DNA of 64,000 nucleotides from a virus, in the IMG/VR virus record IMGVR_UViG_3300038312_000168, positions 5,365 through 69,364 of that record. One strand, written 5' to 3'. Positions within the stretch are counted from its first letter, which is position 1; each line of letters begins with the position of its first letter. Below are positions 62,624 to 64,000 of this stretch, piece by piece. A program made the translations under genes and the position numbers. The notes below the pieces were generated by a model that was not told the origin of the DNA, made no database searches, and saw only the letters and a program-made list of their open reading frames with translations.

Positions 62624-62779
62624 CTAATGATAAATTAAACAAACATCTTCACCAAAATTATCAGGATCACAAACCTCTACCTCATCAGCAGTCCAAAACC
62701 ACGTATCACTTACTCCGTAATAAACATCAAGGTTAGGATCAAGTTCCCGTAACTTCTCAATTAATTCTTTAACCTTCAT
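62624..62779 (-). CDS. MKVxELIxKL-family small protein, paralog B (51 aa)
   Basis: My translation is MKVKELIEKLRELDPNLDVYYGVSDTWFWTADEVEVCDPDNFGEDVCLIYH*. Confidence 0.5.
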   Translation of the reverse strand: MKVKELIEKLRELDPNLDVYYGVSDTWFWTADEVEVCDPDNFGEDVCLIYH

Positions 62780-62783
62780 TATT

Positions 62784-62951
62784 TCATTTCACCTCTGCCT
62801 CAAAACTACATTCAATAACTAATCTGTAATAACCATCGTAATAATATTTATTAATACCTTTAATTCTTTTTAATCGATTATCAACATCAACATTTACTTC
62901 TTCAAATGGATAATATTGTTCTAATTCTTTGATAAGTTCACCGACTTTCAT
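62784..62951 (-). CDS. MKVxELIxxL-family small protein, paralog C (55 aa, chimeric C-terminus)
   Basis: My translation is MKVGELIKELEQYYPFEEVNVDVDNRLKRIKGINKYYYDGYYRLVIECSFEAEVK*. Confidence 0.5.
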   Translation of the reverse strand: MKVGELIKELEQYYPFEEVNVDVDNRLKRIKGINKYYYDGYYRLVIECSFEAEVK

Positions 62952-63085
62952 TTAATCACATAATCTCCTCGTTTTTTAACAATATTTTCAATTGGTATGG
63001 GACGGTTCCAGTCATAATCCCACATTTGAATTTCATCGTCGGATGGTAACTGTTGTAACTTTTCTATAAGTTCACCAACTTTCAT
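62948..63085 (-). CDS. MKVxELIxKL-family small protein, paralog D (45 aa)
   Basis: My translation is MKVGELIEKLQQLPSDDEIQMWDYDWNRPIPIENIVKKRGDYVIK*. ATGA overlap with paralog C. Confidence 0.5.
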   Translation of the reverse strand: MKVGELIEKLQQLPSDDEIQMWDYDWNRPIPIENIVKKRGDYVIK

Positions 63086-63088
63086 TCC

Positions 63089-63400
63089 TTACACCTCTGC
63101 CTCAAACCCACACGCATGACATCTGTAACCACCAATCAACGTTTCAGTAGCAGTAGTTGATCCCCACGGTTGTGACTCATAGATTAACTTGTAATCCTCA
63201 TATTCGAGTTTTGAGCCACAATTACAACAATAGTCAAGATGGTAATCACTGGTAAACAGTTCACCATTTTTAAAGATGTAATGCTTACCATATTTTAATT
63301 GTTTACTTCCTGCTACAACTGGAACACCATTCTCTTCTATTTCTTTACGCAGTTCTGCTATAGACTGTCCACAGCACTCACAAAATAATGGTTCATACAT
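63089..63400 (-). CDS. Zn-ribbon protein (three CxxC pairs)
   Basis: Contains CECCGQ, CCNCGSKL and CHACG. Ends FEAEV*. Confidence 0.55.
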   Translation of the reverse strand: MYEPLFCECCGQSIAELRKEIEENGVPVVAGSKQLKYGKHYIFKNGELFTSDYHLDYCCNCGSKLEYEDYKLIYESQPWGSTTATETLIGGYRCHACGFEAEV

Positions 63401-63412
63401 TACTCATCACCT

Positions 63413-63613
63413 TTAATCTGTATACTCATGATATTCTTTCCATAATTTATCAAGACATTCCTCACTACACACATGTGTTTCAAAACATAAACTAATCCAC
63501 AATGTATTTTCTTTACACATTGTACATGGTTGTTCTTTTGATGATTTAAAAATAAGTAAATCCTTTGGTTCAAAATCTAGTTCAACATTAGAGAACTTCT
63601 GATCAAACTTCAT
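63413..63613 (-). CDS. small Cys-rich protein
   Basis: Contains CTMCKEN...CFETHVCSEEC. Confidence 0.5.
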   Translation of the reverse strand: MKFDQKFSNVELDFEPKDLLIFKSSKEQPCTMCKENTLWISLCFETHVCSEECLDKLWKEYHEYTD

Positions 63614-63783
63614 TACTCATCCCTCACACAATACGTATGCAATGTCTCATCCTTCCAAATCTGTTCCAGGTAGCAACTGTTACAGATCCTGTCCTTCTCA
63701 CCTGCACATGTAAGAGGAATGTTAGCATCCTCTTCTGTGGTTTCATATGCGTTACCGCATACCTTACAAGTTGTTATAGCCAT
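63613..63783 (-). CDS. small Zn-ribbon protein (56 aa)
   Basis: My translation is MAITTCKVCGNAYETTEEDANIPLTCAGEKDRICNSCYLEQIWKDETLHTYCVRDE*. TAATG junction with the next gene. Confidence 0.45.
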   Translation of the reverse strand: MAITTCKVCGNAYETTEEDANIPLTCAGEKDRICNSCYLEQIWKDETLHTYCVRDE

Positions 63784-63849
63784 TGAGTATAGTGTAAGGA
63801 AGTATAGTATTTAATTATTTTGAAAATAGATTGTTATGTACTACATACT

Positions 63850-63894
63850 GCCCCCGCAGGGCGGGGGAGGAGGCCGAAGGCCGGGTGGGGTGGG
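63850..63894. other. GC-rich hairpin island in an AT-rich intergenic region
   Basis: CCCCCGC-AGG-GCGGGGG, then GGCC-GAA-GGCC, then GGGTGGGGTGGG. Confidence 0.6.
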
Positions 63895-63920
63895 ATTTAA
63901 AAAAATATAATATTATATTC

Positions 63921-63945
63921 CTTACACGTGTAAGAATCATGTAAG
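63921..63945. promoter_or_regulatory. palindrome CTTACACGTGTAAG overlapping an inverted copy of the TTAC-N7-TTAC motif
   Basis: TGTAAGAATCATGTAAG (63929-63945) is the reverse complement of CTTACATGATTCTTACA. Sixteen of its 17 nt match the copy at 10352. Confidence 0.6.
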
Positions 63946-64000
63946 ATGGTCATTACATGAAATGCAATTTCATAAGTACATATGTACATTATAATATGTA

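Noticed and set aside
1-64000. A lysogeny module (integrase, excisionase, attP), with the GC-rich islands as att sites.
   Set aside because: I recognised no tyrosine or serine recombinase motif in any ORF of the window. The att idea for the GC islands cannot be tested without a host genome, so it is kept only as a check under that finding.

Overview
This AT-rich, gene-dense 64-kb window reads as part of the genome of a tailed dsDNA virus (siphovirus-like Caudoviricetes) that infects an archaeon. The archaeal assignment rests on two things. First, the replication genes are archaeal in type: family-B DNA polymerase, RFC-like clamp loader, PCNA-like clamp, MCM-like helicase, a fused PriS-PriL primase, an XPF/Hef nuclease and a Cas4-like nuclease. 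Second, a virus-encoded tRNA-Gln carries a canonical bulge-helix-bulge intron. Layout: 1-2600 holds small + strand genes; 2642-3955 is an ORF-free, repeat-dense region; 4124-9955 holds small - strand genes; 9956-10843 is a divergent control region with repeated dyad motifs; 11290-11837 holds a membrane protein and three tRNAs (-). The + strand block 11940-34456 runs from a LAGLIDADG endonuclease through prohead protease/scaffold, an encapsulin-like HK97-fold capsid protein, connector and tail genes, a chaperone pair with a -1 frameshift site, tape measure, two paralogous receptor-binding proteins, a tail-collar fibre, an HNH endonuclease and a putative lysis pair. The - strand block 34608-63783 holds nucleotide metabolism (Tmk, class II RNR with intein, AdoMetDC-fold decarboxylase, ThyA-like enzyme, HAD-kinase fusion, dCTP deaminase, PP-loop ATPase), two DNA methyltransferases, the replisome, a MuF-like protein, portal, intein-containing TerL, a putative TerS and small Zn-ribbon or paralogous genes. 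Every function is inferred from motifs I recognised by eye and from gene order; no database search was run.
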